Shown one piece after another: positions 50,488 through 61,589 of a stretch of 64,000 nucleotides of DNA; positions within the stretch are counted from its first letter, which is position 1, and every line of letters begins with the position of its first letter. Source of the DNA: Lingula anatina (lineage: Eukaryota; Animalia; Brachiopoda); contig CM120649.1 in the NCBI GenBank assembly GCA_051362555.1, positions 17,374,567-17,438,566 on the forward strand, in the 5' to 3' direction. The translations under genes and the position numbers were made by a program. Under the pieces are notes generated by a model. That model was not told the DNA's origin. It worked only from the letters and a program-made list of their open reading frames with translations, and ran no database searches.

Positions 50488-51994
50488 GTGAAATAATTTT
50501 GTATTCAGAACTTGAAAAAAATGTTTTCAGAGAAGGTGATGCAAAGAAAGAAAAACCCAGCCCCTTGTTTGAGGAAAACACAGGAAGAATGCTGGCGGAA
50601 ATGTTTGGATCAGGTATATACACAAGTAAGAAGTGTAAATGTGATGAGGAATTCCAAAGAGATTAATTTAGTATACATTTATTTGTTTGTTCTATAAAGC
50701 AGTGCTATCAGATTTGAAAATCTTCTGATATGATTTTCTACTATTTTAGACAGGCAACTCGTGAAGAATTAACTCTTAATTGTTCGAGCAAATTTCTTTT
50801 ATAAAACTTTAAAAAAGTTTTTTTTTTTTTTTTTTACAGATGATTGCACCCCACCAGATGGCAGTTCAGCCAAGAAAATCTCCATCCAGAGACATCTCAC
50901 ATTAGACCCAGAGAAGTCATTTGAAGAAAACATGGTTGTGCTTGGTGTGTACAAAATCATTGCTGTACAGACTACAGTCTCTTTGTAATCCTAACTTATG
51001 CTCAGATAGTGCCCACCCCTTTCAATTTGCTTTTATCTTATACTTTTGTCCAAATTTTGTTTGGAAATCAATGCAGTTGTTCTCTTTAGAGAATTTTGTG
51101 GCAAGGCACATGTATAGTAATTTTAGTTTCTGTTGGATAGATTTTCAAAATCATGTCAATTAAGGGAGATGTTCAGACATACTTTTTGGCAAGTTCTCTA
51201 TTTCATGTCATATAGAGACTTTCACCATTGTTTACAGCAGCAGGTATTTTTATTTTTAGGTTTAAACAGTGATGAAGAGATAGACGAGTATATGAGAACC
51301 AATTGGTTCAGTGGTGCCCTTGCTGTCAAAAGAGGAAAAAGGTAAAATGTACCACAAATTTATTATTATTATTATTATTATTAATTTATTATCATTATTA
51401 TTTTAAAATTTTGAACTTCATATTCAGTATAGGTCTTTATTATTCAGTTCAGTTTTATGTGACTATGCATTTTTTGCATGTTAAAACTTTAAAGCCTAAA
51501 AACAATTGTGTTTCTGTGTATTGGTCATGTAGTAATGAGCCACCGACTTAGACCCCATTCCCAGAGATTAGATCAATCCAAACTAGATCAACCTAACTCC
51601 CTGGGGGTTCACGCTAAATAGCTGTCAGCCGAGCGGGCACGAAAGTTAATTACCCCCTTACAACTTGTAGTAGGCGGGATGGACATTTAAGCCAGAATAT
51701 CTGACAGTAATCTAGTGAGACTCCCCACAGGGATAGATCAATCCAAAATCTATGGGAATACGCCCTTAAACTAAAGCTTGTTGATCATTTTAAAAATTAT
51801 TTATTTTTATTCTATATAATCTTTTATTCTTTAGGCAGCAGATGATGTGCTCTATAGAACCCGACCCATGCCTGTCGCTGAACAGATTCATGGAGCGTTA
51901 CATCACTTGGCGGTATGGGAAAAACTGGCATCCGTACGCATTTGGGCCATGTAGCTATCACAATGTGCTGCGCTCCTTCAGATGTGTGGTTTAG
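43884..51994 (+). CDS. TDP1-like (PLD superfamily) pseudoenzyme fused to a cold-shock domain and a putative LOTUS domain; at least 16 coding exons, ~663 aa plus an unresolved N-terminus
   Basis: Phase-consistent GT-AG exons: 43884-44061, 44575-44644, 45266-45386, 45606-45751, 46290-46421, 46907-47007, 47264-47356, 47920-47999, 48294-48354, 49019-49202, 49466-49676, 49953-50138, 50531-50613 (or 50625), 50840-50944, 51260-51341, 51835-51994 (TAG). The spliced protein shows TDP1 blocks in order: LSAKFMLLRY..MRIIIPSG, WYVDLP, F.ADL..ML, VDFS...VQLLCSVPG, LGMLKL, YYTNSIGFL, FKIAYPS, SRSKFIV, LYLGSHRL, ESYDMGLLV, GIPVD...KYAADDIPY. CSD motifs KSFGFL and ELFIH follow. Confidence 0.85.
47481..47681. 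mobile_element. MITE family C, rearranged copy
   Basis: The 3' part matches 16864-16988 directly; the 5' part matches 16823-16878 in reverse orientation. Confidence 0.65.
48386..48852. mobile_element. two adjacent diverged MITEs (A-like ~48386-48623; B-like ~48690-48850)
   Basis: TTCCCATACCTAGATCGATC...GGGAATGGTCCC, then a segment matching family B that ends GGGAATGAGCCC-TAA. Confidence 0.6.
49261..49428 (+). mobile_element. TIR element family D, second copy (intronic)
   Basis: CAGGGGCAGAT...ATCTGCCCCTG; homologous to 39583-39749. Confidence 0.75.
50157..50364. mobile_element. probable MITE remnant with internal CCTATAG repeats
   Basis: TACCCTT...AAGGGTA ends and repeated (T)CCTATAG(G/A) units. 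Confidence 0.45.
51551..51765 (+). mobile_element. MITE family A (last intron of the TDP1-like gene)
   Basis: Same core (CTAACTCCCTGGGGGTTCACGCTAAATAGCTGTCAGCC...), TTA TSD. Confidence 0.85.
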
Positions 51995-53994
51995 GATGGT
52001 AGATGTGTCAGTAACTGAATGATTTGATTAGCCTAAGCAACCAAGAAACCTACTGCACTCATATAAACATATCGTATTGCAAATGGTAGATGTAATTAAC
52101 TGATTAGTTTGTTTAAACTTAACAACATTTAAGCAAAGGACCTGCTGCGCTCATCCAAACATGGTAATGAGGATGGTCAATGTGAATAGTTGGGTGCTCA
52201 TCATTTTCAAGTTATCGGTCAAGGTGCCTGAAACCTGTTCAGTTCCTTCAAGTGTATAAACAGAATGGCTAATGTTATTGGCACAAAAACAGCTACAAAG
52301 ATAATGGCTCATTTCAGAGAACTGATTAAGTGCTAGATTAAATTGAAAAGATTTTGCTCTTATATTTTTGGTTATTGGTTTATAAATATTTGTGTGCTCT
52401 TTGATTGAGATTGCACTGTTGAGCAGCACTTAATTTTTTTTGTTTTGTTTTTCTTACAATGGGAAATTGTTATGTGTTTGTTCAGTGTACAGGTGTGTTA
52501 TAAGAAAGTATTTTTCATATCCTTTATTTCTGAAGACTCTGTTTCTCAAAAGTCATATTTCGGGCTGAAATCTTAGTCTATATTTTGTAATTTAAGTTGC
52601 ATTCCACAAAGAATCTCAAAGGTTGCTCACTGTACTTGTTCTAGTCAACAAAATGTAACAGGTACTATGTGTGTAGATAACAGTTTTTTTTTTTTTTCAT
52701 TGGGTTTTATGGTATTTGGAAGCTGTTCAAGAGAAAGCACCTAGTAAACTGGATTGTGATTGCCAATTTTTTTTTTTTTAGATTATCCTTCATTTCTGAA
52801 GGCATTATGCTTTCTTTGAGGAAATGGAATCATTATTCCCTGCTCAAAAACTTAATTTCTAATGCCAAAGAATATTGGAAAGAAATTCTCTCAGATTAAA
52901 CAAAGTTAAGAAAAATTATAGTCAAAACAATTTATTTTTTAAAATTTATTTGTATGTTGAAGGTTATTTTGGAGTTTGAAAAACTGTAAATTGATGGTCA
53001 ATAAAGACTAGAAAATTGTTAAGAATGCCTTGAAATTATCATTTTGTATTATTTCTCCAGAATCCTGTATCTCTTCACTTCTCAAATTCAGTACATTTCG
53101 GCCATTTTCTTGTTAAGAAATTCAGATTTTTTTAATACTCTGTGTAGTAGTTGTGTTTTATCTTTTCTGATCCCTTTTATGACATTTCAGATTTCCTCAA
53201 AATACATAATTAATTTCTCTTTCATTTACAATGAAATTAGTCATACTTGGTCTCCTTTATCAAACCACATACAATTAATTTCATAATGCTTAGAAAATTT
53301 TATAATATTGTGAATGCACTTTCTTGCACATAATCAAATTAGAAATATTTGATAAAAATATATTTATTTAAAAATTACCAAGAATACTGATTACATAAGT
53401 CAAGATTTACAGGGACATTCAGATATTTGCTCTTGAATTCAAGATTGGACAATTTAGAAAATCTATGCCTTGGAAATCGACGTCAGAAGCATTTGGGGTT
53501 ATGAAAGAAATAACATGCAGCTTCAGGTGGAGCCACTTTCCCTTCAGTTCTCACCCCCATCCTTCTTCTGTCCATAGGATAATTACACTGGGGCATGTGG
53601 AGCTGTAGAAGACTTGGGAGGGTTTGTGAAACTGAAAATGCTGTTCACACTCGGTATTTAGCAACTGACATGACAAAAAGATTAAACTTGTTTTATACAA
53701 GAAAAGGAAAAAAGTCTCCTCCTTTTGGGTGCACCTGCATCACCTTAAAATAACCTTTTCCTCCCATAACAATGGAATAATGGAATGGTTCCCCCTCCCT
53801 TCCCCATCTCTCTGGAGAGGTGGGGTGGGATAACATTCATATGTTTGAAATACATGCTATTGCTGTTTGACTCACTAGAATCTTTTTCTTTTCTTGAAAC
53901 CCTATTACATCCCTTGCAACAAACTTTTTTTCACAATGATTTGTAATACTGAAACAACCACGCAGCATATAGCATTGTCTAAAGGGTTCATTGT

Positions 53995-55330
53995 TTACTT
54001 CTTCTTTTTCTTTCCAGACTTTTTGCCTTTCTTTCCCTTCTTCTTTTTCTTACTGTAAGGACCAAGACCTCGTCGAACCATAACACCTCGCCACCATGCT
54101 TGTAGCTAAAGATAAAAAGATGTTAATTTTTGTTAATTTTTTGTTTAAAAAAATCTGAAAAGAAAAACACACAGTATGAAAGAATCAACATTAATTTTAT
54201 AACCTTTATATAAATTTCTGCCATAATTAAGAAATTTCAGAAATGAAAAAAAAAAATTATTTGGATCTCTAAGAGTATGAAAAAATTTGATCTCAACTTT
54301 ATTTTTCCACATTTACTGCAGTTTTCACATCAAGAGGCTTACCTTTGTGGCATTCTTGAGTTCAATTTCCTCTTGTTGAGCCTTCCTTCTGGCTTTTTCC
54401 TTGTCTATCCTGTCCTCTACAACTACCTGTTCATACTCTTCATATCTGAAATTGAACAAAATTTTTAATACCAAATTTAAGCCAGGCGTCCTTTCTATTA
54501 ACCAGAAATAAGAGGAGGAGAAAGGGGGGGGGGGGGGTAGAGGCGGGGGTGACCTCCCCCCCCTTCAACTTCCTCAACAAAATGGACCATTCAGCTACAC
54601 TTTCCATAATACTAATATCTCCTTAATTTTTGGATATGTGACATTTTAATATATCTATATAATGGTAACCATAACAAAAAAAGAGCAACATTTTACAAAC
54701 TTTTTCTACAATTGCCTTAACTTCATTAACTTACAATTTCTTCAGCTCTGCTATTCTAGCCAGATCTTTCTTCTCAGCATCTTCCAACACCTTCAGTTTG
54801 ATCTGCATGTCGTCCACGTCTTTCTCGTACTTCTCCATCCAGTATTCCACCTTCTGGCTCAGGATCTTCTGGTGGGTCTGTAGGAAGGACTCCACCTCTG
54901 CATTCACCCGCGTCTCCTCATCAATTTTGTTTCTCAAGCTCTGGATACCAAGAAAGGAAGAAACGTTTGGATAATTTCTACCGAATTTAGTGTTTTGTGT
55001 AACTGATTTGGTGACTGGGCCACCAGCATAAAGAAACTAATCTGTCAAGTCACCCCCCTCCTTTTCTCTCTCTCTCTCTCCCTCTCTCTCTCACACACAC
55101 ACACTCTAAATAACTTGCCCAGTCACTAACCCTCTCTCCATTTCTCACATATCAAGAAACCCACTTTAGTTTGTCTTTCATCTCTTTCTCAGCCATGGTA
55201 CATCTCCTCAGGGTCTGAACCACCAGTCATCTCCCCCCATCCCCCTGCCTACCCTTTCTCAAACACACCAACTTGTCCAGTCACTCACCTCTACTTCTCT
55301 CTCCTTTCTCTCTCTCTCTCTCTCTCTAAT

Positions 55331-55365
<35 letters not shown>

Positions 55366-55853
55366 CACACACACACACAAACCCACCTCTAGCTCGTCCT
55401 TCATCCCTTTCTCAGCCATGGTGCATCTCTTCAGGGTCTGTGCCACGGAGACCTGGGCACACTTCTGGATGTACTTCCCTTCCATGTTGGTTTTGGCCTT
55501 CATCTCCTGAAGCTGATCCTTGAGATGGGCGATCATCTCATTGCGGTGTTGAATCTCTACTTCTTTTTCCTTCTTCACATCAACGAGTTGTTTTTGAAGG
55601 GTTTTCAGTTTACGCCGGCCTTCCTCTTCCCTGAATAAAGAGAAGAAATTTAATTTTTTTTAAATTTTGTAAAAACAAATCTATCTTCTTCCAGAAGTAT
55701 TTTTCAAGTCCCTAAAATATTTCACCATAGTGTGGAAAAACACTTCCACAGAAAACAATAGAAGATGGTAACTAGAGGGGTACACAGAGAGTGTAGAGCT
55801 TCGTCAAACCAGCTTAATTCTTATCATTAGTTAATTTATTCTGGATCAACACT

Positions 55854-55908
<55 letters not shown>

Positions 55909-57574
55909 CTAAGTTAGTCCATTTCTTACCTATCCTTAACATTTTATAAAAATCTGTCCATAGGTTTATCAGTTATCTAACAAGTCAACAAAGGCAAAAA
56001 CAACCTATACCTCAAATAACAGGTTTTACTTACTTTAATATCGTATCCTGAAGCCCTGTCTTCCTGTTTCGCTCCTCCCTCACTGCGGACACCAATGACT
56101 CGTAAGTCCCCCTGTGTTCAATTTCTGCCAAGGTGTTGCACACCACCCTCTCGAGGAAGGCGCGGTCCTCTTGGATCTTCGTTATGTTGTCCGAAGTGAG
56201 TGGGTTCTGCTTCAGACTCCGTCCAAAGACGTGGGTGCTGTTTTTGAGGTCACCTCCAGTTGCCTGGATGTCACGATCTGTGTCCATCATTCTAGAGATG
56301 AGGAGTGTTTGTCACATTATACAGTGATTTCATGGTATCATGGTAAATTTTTTACAACATCGCCTCTCTTCATTGCCTAATATAATGGTCTCAGAAAAGT
56401 ATTTTATAACTTGTTTGTTTCACATAAATATGTCAGAAAAGTATTTTTCATTGTTTGTTTAGCATAAATATTAAAGTACATTCAAGGTTTAATTGTGCAC
56501 CAATTAAAACATGTTTTCATATTATTTCCTGAATATTATAACTCAGGGTAGAGGGGAACATTTTTTTTTTTTTTTTTTTTTGTCACAAAATAAAATTTGA
56601 AAATCCCAGACATCAAATCAATCAGAAAGCTACCAAATGTGAACCTCTTCCTCCCACTCACTTTTGTAAATTGCTCTTGGTCCTGACATCCCCCTGCCTC
56701 AGATCTTGTTTCTTTGACATAAGACTCTCATACTTGCTCTCCAGCTGTCTCTGACCCTCAACTAACTGGCCTATTTCTTCTTGAACAAACTAAAAGAAAA
56801 AATTGGTAATATATTTTTACATACTCACACATTATCATTTGTTAGAAGTCTATGTTTTGATTTTACCACTTAAAATAAAATTTGCTGTTACTTAAATGAT
56901 TTTAAAAGGCTTAATGGAATCCCAGCATGAAAAAATATTAACAAACATCATGATGTTAATTTTTATAAATGTCTGTCTCAAGAACCTCACCCTGCCAAAA
57001 AAAAGGAATATGTTCTTTATTATAATTATTATTATTATTATTATTAATATTATAAACTGAACATTATTCAATAATTTTAATTAAAATCCCTACCTCGTCA
57101 GCGTCTGGCCTGTTCTCATAGGTCCCAGGCATAATTTTGCCCAAAATGGCCAGCTGATCAGCGCAGTCCTCCAACACTGTGGAGACATGAATGGCATCCA
57201 CTCCTGTCAACATCGTGCTGCTATCACTGTAACATACAAGCAAAATGTCATTCTTATAAATAATTTAATGAAAAAAAAAAAAGATTATTTTTCTAGAAAC
57301 ATTCTCACATCTAGACTCTGAAACAGGAGTGACGTTTGAGTAAGTTAACGATATGTATATCAGTAGATTTGAATGGGACATGCTACTGAAAATTAGAACA
57401 ATATGATTCTAACATAATCAAAATATATGCCCAATCTTTTATCCATGAGACATCGACCCAACGTTCATTGACCTTATTAATGACTTGGGATTTTGTGCTC
57501 AGCACATGACATATTTACAAATAATTTCGAATACAAAATCGTCACTTTATATATATACTACTTCACCTTTCCAT
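53995..57574 (-). CDS. IQCG: IQ motif-containing G / dynein regulatory complex subunit 9
   Basis: Exons (minus): 57574-57567 (ATG GAA AG micro-exon, phase fits; alternative start at Met 57213), 57226-57094, 56789-56662, 56291-56034, 55630-55387, 54940-54735, 54445-54343, 54105-53995. The protein is coiled-coil with VLEDCADQLAIL, IAHLKDQLQEMK and YWMEKYEKD, then a C-terminal IQ motif ATKLQAWWRGVMVRRGLGPY and a poly-Lys tail, typical of IQCG/DRC9. Confidence 0.92.
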
Positions 57575-57672
57575 TTTCGATACTTAAACAATATTTCAGT
57601 TTATACATACCTTTAAAAACTACGAAAGAAAGGGAGACATTTTATGTCGGCAACTTCTTCCAGCAATGAAGT

Positions 57673-57688
57673 TGTTTACTGTGGTAAC
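57673..57688 (-). promoter_or_regulatory. RFX X-box overlapping a forkhead site in the IQCG promoter
   Basis: The minus strand reads GTTACCACAGTAAA (X-box-like) and overlaps plus-strand TGTTTAC (FOX core). A half-site GGCAAC lies at ~57649. RFX plus FOXJ1 control is established for motile-cilia genes. Confidence 0.55.
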
Positions 57689-57940
57689 CACAGCTACTGC
57701 GCAGCAAAGTGCGCATCACCCTGGTCCATACGATCCGGAAAGATAGGCTGAACAAAATGCTCTTACATTAAAATGTCAACATTTGCCAAAATTTGAAAGT
57801 GTGTAAGAATAATATAATCTTATCCTTCGATATTTTAGATCGTATAATAAGTTGGATATAATTTTCAATGTAACATCTACTTTTGAAACAATTTGGTTTG
57901 TCTTGAACGGAAAGAGTATTTATTATCCCACAATTCCCTG

Positions 57941-57968
57941 CTCGCCCTTTTCCGGCCATCTTGGAAAG
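57941..57968 (+). promoter_or_regulatory. TCT/5'-TOP initiator and non-coding first exon of RPL35A
   Basis: Polypyrimidine start CTCGCCCTTTTCC, then a YY1-type GCCATCTTG and the donor AAG|gtactc. This is the standard ribosomal-protein promoter layout. Confidence 0.75.
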
Positions 57969-58218
57969 GTACTCGTGAAATAAGTTCGACAACCACGAAA
58001 ATAAACCTAAATTATTGACTTATTAAGCTCTGTTCATAAAAAATAAAAGTTGATTAAAATAAAGTGGTATGTTGTTATTGTTAAATGTTAGTGTGGGCTA
58101 TTGATGTGGAGGGCTGTTTAAGATAAACTTGGATTCGCCGTAAGGTGTTTCTGTGGAGTGGTTGTATTCGTGTGGTAAATTAGGGCTCACGACTCTGTTT
58201 TTATTTCAGTCGCTGATC

Positions 58219-58865
58219 ATGGCTGACCAAGAAGCCAAGCAAAATCCTCCTAAGAAATCTGGAAGGTAAGCCCATGCATCATTTTGTGGGTCAATGTTCC
58301 TTTGTCTTTTTAAATCTGTTGTCGCGGCCACATTCTTTGATGCCACAACAGCTCTGTTATCAGTTGTAGATGCTAAACGACGGTGGTGTGTTTTACCATT
58401 GTGTACTTTATCATACGTTTATGGCTGTCAAAAATTCTAAAATTTGTCTCACAATTTCTTGCAGTAAAGAAAGGGGCAATGGCTAGTTAGCACCAGCATT
58501 TGTTCACATTGAAATTATTAGCATGAATATGAAAGTTCACATTTCTCTTTAAACTTAAATAAATGAAAAGGTAAATGAAAAAAAAATAATAAAAGAAAGA
58601 AAATGGGTAAATGAACTTATTTTTTATTTCAGAAATTTTGAAGAAACTTTTTTAAGTTTAGTTAAAATACATTTACAGAATTTGTTGAAACTGTAGTGCC
58701 AGATGCAGGTAGAACCGGCCAGGTAGCTCAGTAGGTAAGAGCACTCGCCCTGTAAGCAAGGGGTCCCGGGTTCGATTCCTGGTCTGGTCGGTGATTTTTC
58801 TGCACTCACCCCAAATCGCTACAAAACACAGTGGGCCTTACGTATAAGTTAACACTTGAGACTTT

Positions 58866-58905
<40 letters not shown>

Positions 58906-60442
58906 TCACTTATTCAAGTTTAATGAGTGATATGCATTCCCTTAATAAGGATAATAATCCTCTTCATTGCATAGTTTGCTGAATGCTTCCAGGCTTTACG
59001 TTAAAGCAGTCTTCACTGGTTACAAGCGTGGCCTTCGTAATCAACATGAGAACACATCTCTGCTGAAACTGGAGGGGGTGACCACAAAGAAAGCCACAGA
59101 GTTTTACCTGGGCAAGAGGTGCTGCTATGTATACAAGGCTAAAAAGTAAGTTGCTGTTTTGAAAGTGTTTAAGTTACCAATGATTTTGTTGAAATACAAC
59201 ATATTTAGGACAGTATTTTAGTAAATTTCAGTTTAAATTTTGAAATCAGTGTCTGGTTGAATCTGTTTACTGGACAAATTATTGGACAAATGGAAATGAG
59301 TATACTGGTAATGAATCATGCATATTTGCCTAATTGATACCTGAATTGTAAATTTTATTAATATAACCCACATGTAAAGAATTTTATGTATTTACCAAAT
59401 GCAAATTTTTAATGCATTCAGTATAATGGAGAAATATAGAATTTTAACCTGTCACCAACAATGATGAAGATTCAGTAGCCTCGCTGTAAGTTTCCTTCAA
59501 GGAAGCGGTGCAGACATTTCACTTTCTGAGTTGGTTTTTAATGGACTTCCCCATATGAGAGCACTGGAGAACAACTCCATTTATGAATTTGGTAGTTCAA
59601 ATCTTGTGGAGTAATGCAACAGCAATGTAAAAGATTGTTTGAAAACATTGGCAATGTTCTAAAATGTTATAGCTTCTTATAAAAAGATAAAATTAATTTT
59701 GATTAAATTGGCACTGAATTAATTTGGGTTAAAGACTACCAAAATTTAGGCCTAAAAGTTTTTTGTTTTATTCTTCTTCTTGCCAGTTTTTGGGCTGAAG
59801 TTCCTTTCCTGTTCTCGTTTGTTTTTTTAACAGGTCCTAGACCATTAAAGATTTAGTCATTTACGTGCAAGGTTCTTTTTGTAAAATGAAAACATTTGTT
59901 TTTGTCCACAGTAAGTCTGCCTGCCCAGGCCATGATAAAGCCAGTCGTATCCGCGTCATCTGGGGCAAAGTGACCCGGCCTCATGGCAACAGTGGAGCGG
60001 TCAGGGCAAAGTTCAGGAAAAATCTGCCGGCATCAGCCATGGGGAAGAGAGTCAGAGTGGTAAGTAGAAGACCATTCATTCTGTTCATTATTTTTTTAGG
60101 TTATAGATGTAGCTAGTTGTGGATTTTTAGAGAGAGTGATGGATGTACTTTAGCTTAGGAAAAATGATTGGCGTGAAAATTCATGATGGTTGAACCCACA
60201 AAATTTGTGAATGCAGTACTTTACCTGTCAACATCGTACAGTGAAAATATTATGGCAATTGCTCAATCTTTTCAATGGGCAAAATTTATCGAACTTTCAG
60301 ATATAAGTTTTTGTTTTTAACTTGAGTGAGAATTACTATATTCAAGAAAACGGGAATAATTTGATTTACACTATGTAATTTGCAACTTCACTTTAAATAT
60401 TCTTTTCATTTTTTTCAGATGCTGTATCCATCAAGAGTTTGA
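58219..60442 (+). CDS. RPL35A: 60S ribosomal protein L35a (eL33)
   Basis: Coding exons 58219-58265, 58993-59145, 59912-60059, 60419-60442 give [30 protein letters not shown]...[14 protein letters not shown]...[49 protein letters not shown] lies at 60497-60502. Confidence 0.97.
58692..58823 (+). mobile_element. 132-bp solo-LTR-like element containing a tRNA-Thr(TGT)-like sequence (58717-58790)
   Basis: Ends TGTAGTG...CGCTACA (TG..CA, imperfect inverted repeat), flanked by a 4-bp direct repeat AAAC (58688-58691 and 58824-58827). The internal cloverleaf has A and B boxes but C33 instead of U33 and a C-A mismatch in the anticodon stem. Confidence 0.7.
59455..59534 (+). ncRNA. intronic box C/D snoRNA (RPL35A intron)
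   Basis: C box ATGATGA at 59461-59467, D box CTGA at 59526-59529, and a terminal stem CCAAC/GTTGG; ~80 nt, sense orientation in a ribosomal-protein intron. Target not assigned. Confidence 0.75.
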
Positions 60443-60757
60443 ACATCATAAACGCTGAATTTTTACTAGAGACTGGTCTGAAATTATGTATAAAGAAATA
60501 AACATTGAAATAAATTAAGTGAAATGTTTCACTTAAAAACGAACATAAGTTAATGGATATTAGTGTTCAATGAAAGCTCTGGAAGCCATTAGCAGTGTGA
60601 CAGGAAGGTTTGACCTAGGAGCCAAAATGGGGTGGGGGGGGGTGGTTAAGGAAGCGAGGGACCCTGTGACAGAGCCCACTGTGTGTTTTCTCCGTGCTTG
60701 TTAGTAAACTGCAAGCATCTGGTTTATTACATGTCAACTCTACATCAAAGGACATCA

Positions 60758-60997
60758 GACTCATGCCCAATGAATCTGTCGTTCTACACGGAACAATCCA
60801 ACTCGGTGTAGGCTCGGATAAGGAGATACACACGTCTCCCTTTGTATCCAACGTACTTGTATTATCACCAGCTTTTCTGTATTCTCCTCGACGCCAGGAG
60901 GAGGCATGTTATTCTGTTAATCTGACTGTATTCAGCAAGAGCCCTCGTGCAGTTAGATCGATCTACGTAGACTGATAGTTTCATTTGGAAATGAGCC
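60758..60997. mobile_element. MITE family B copy
   Basis: GACTCATGCCCAATGAA...TTCATTTGGAAATGAGCC. The internal ATCACCAGCTTTTCTGT block is shared with 48718 and, inverted, with ~2745. Confidence 0.65.
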
Positions 60998-61270
60998 TTC
61001 TGTAACAGTTGTAAAAGTCACGATTAATGTCCTAGGTACCTGAGGTCGAAGACAAAATTTTCATGTTCATGTTGAATAATTTTATCCCTTCCAGCATTTT
61101 TTCCTTACGACCTTAAATAGGATGCCTTGTCGAAAGTTCGTGCCCTCTCCTCATTCTTTTAATCGTACCCTCCACACATAACAGCACAATTTTTTCTATT
61201 TTTATTTGTTTCTGTACAAATAAGACCCGCTTTAAATTAAATGCATAACTACAGTGCCCTCGCAACTGGT

Positions 61271-61280
61271 ACCGGAAGTG
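61271..61280 (+). promoter_or_regulatory. ETS/GABP motif, possibly in the fucosyltransferase promoter
   Basis: Perfect ACCGGAAGTG upstream of the GT11 ORF. The link to the gene is inferred only. Confidence 0.3.
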
Positions 61281-61589
61281 ACAATAAAGTTCAGCGACAG
61301 TGGGACAACCTTCATGTAATAATAATAATTATTATTATTATCAGCTAATCAAAGTAACAGAAATAACATACAAGATTTGTTTAAAGATATACAAGATTTG
61401 ATTAAGGAGAACAATTCAAGTGAACAGGTGCGTTAGAATGCGACTTGCCAGGAAATTCAAACTACACGAAATATTCAACGGTGGATGCATATTCCTGTGC
61501 ACACTTGTCGTACATTCTTTAGGCCTATATATCAATATATATGGCACTTGCAATTTCACATAGACTGTGCATGACTAGTGTATTATTAA

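Noticed and set aside
50852-50865. CTCF-like CCACCAGATGGCAG (and TCGCCAGGTGGCAG at ~10558)
   Set aside because: Single motif matches, one inside coding sequence; not supportable without binding data.
58717-58790. Functional tRNA-Thr(TGT) gene
   Set aside because: C at invariant U33, an anticodon-stem mismatch, and a position inside a TG..CA unit with a TSD; treated as a mobile element.
59545-59625. H/ACA snoRNA (AGAACA, hairpin, ACA)
   Set aside because: No room for a proper 5' hairpin after the C/D snoRNA.
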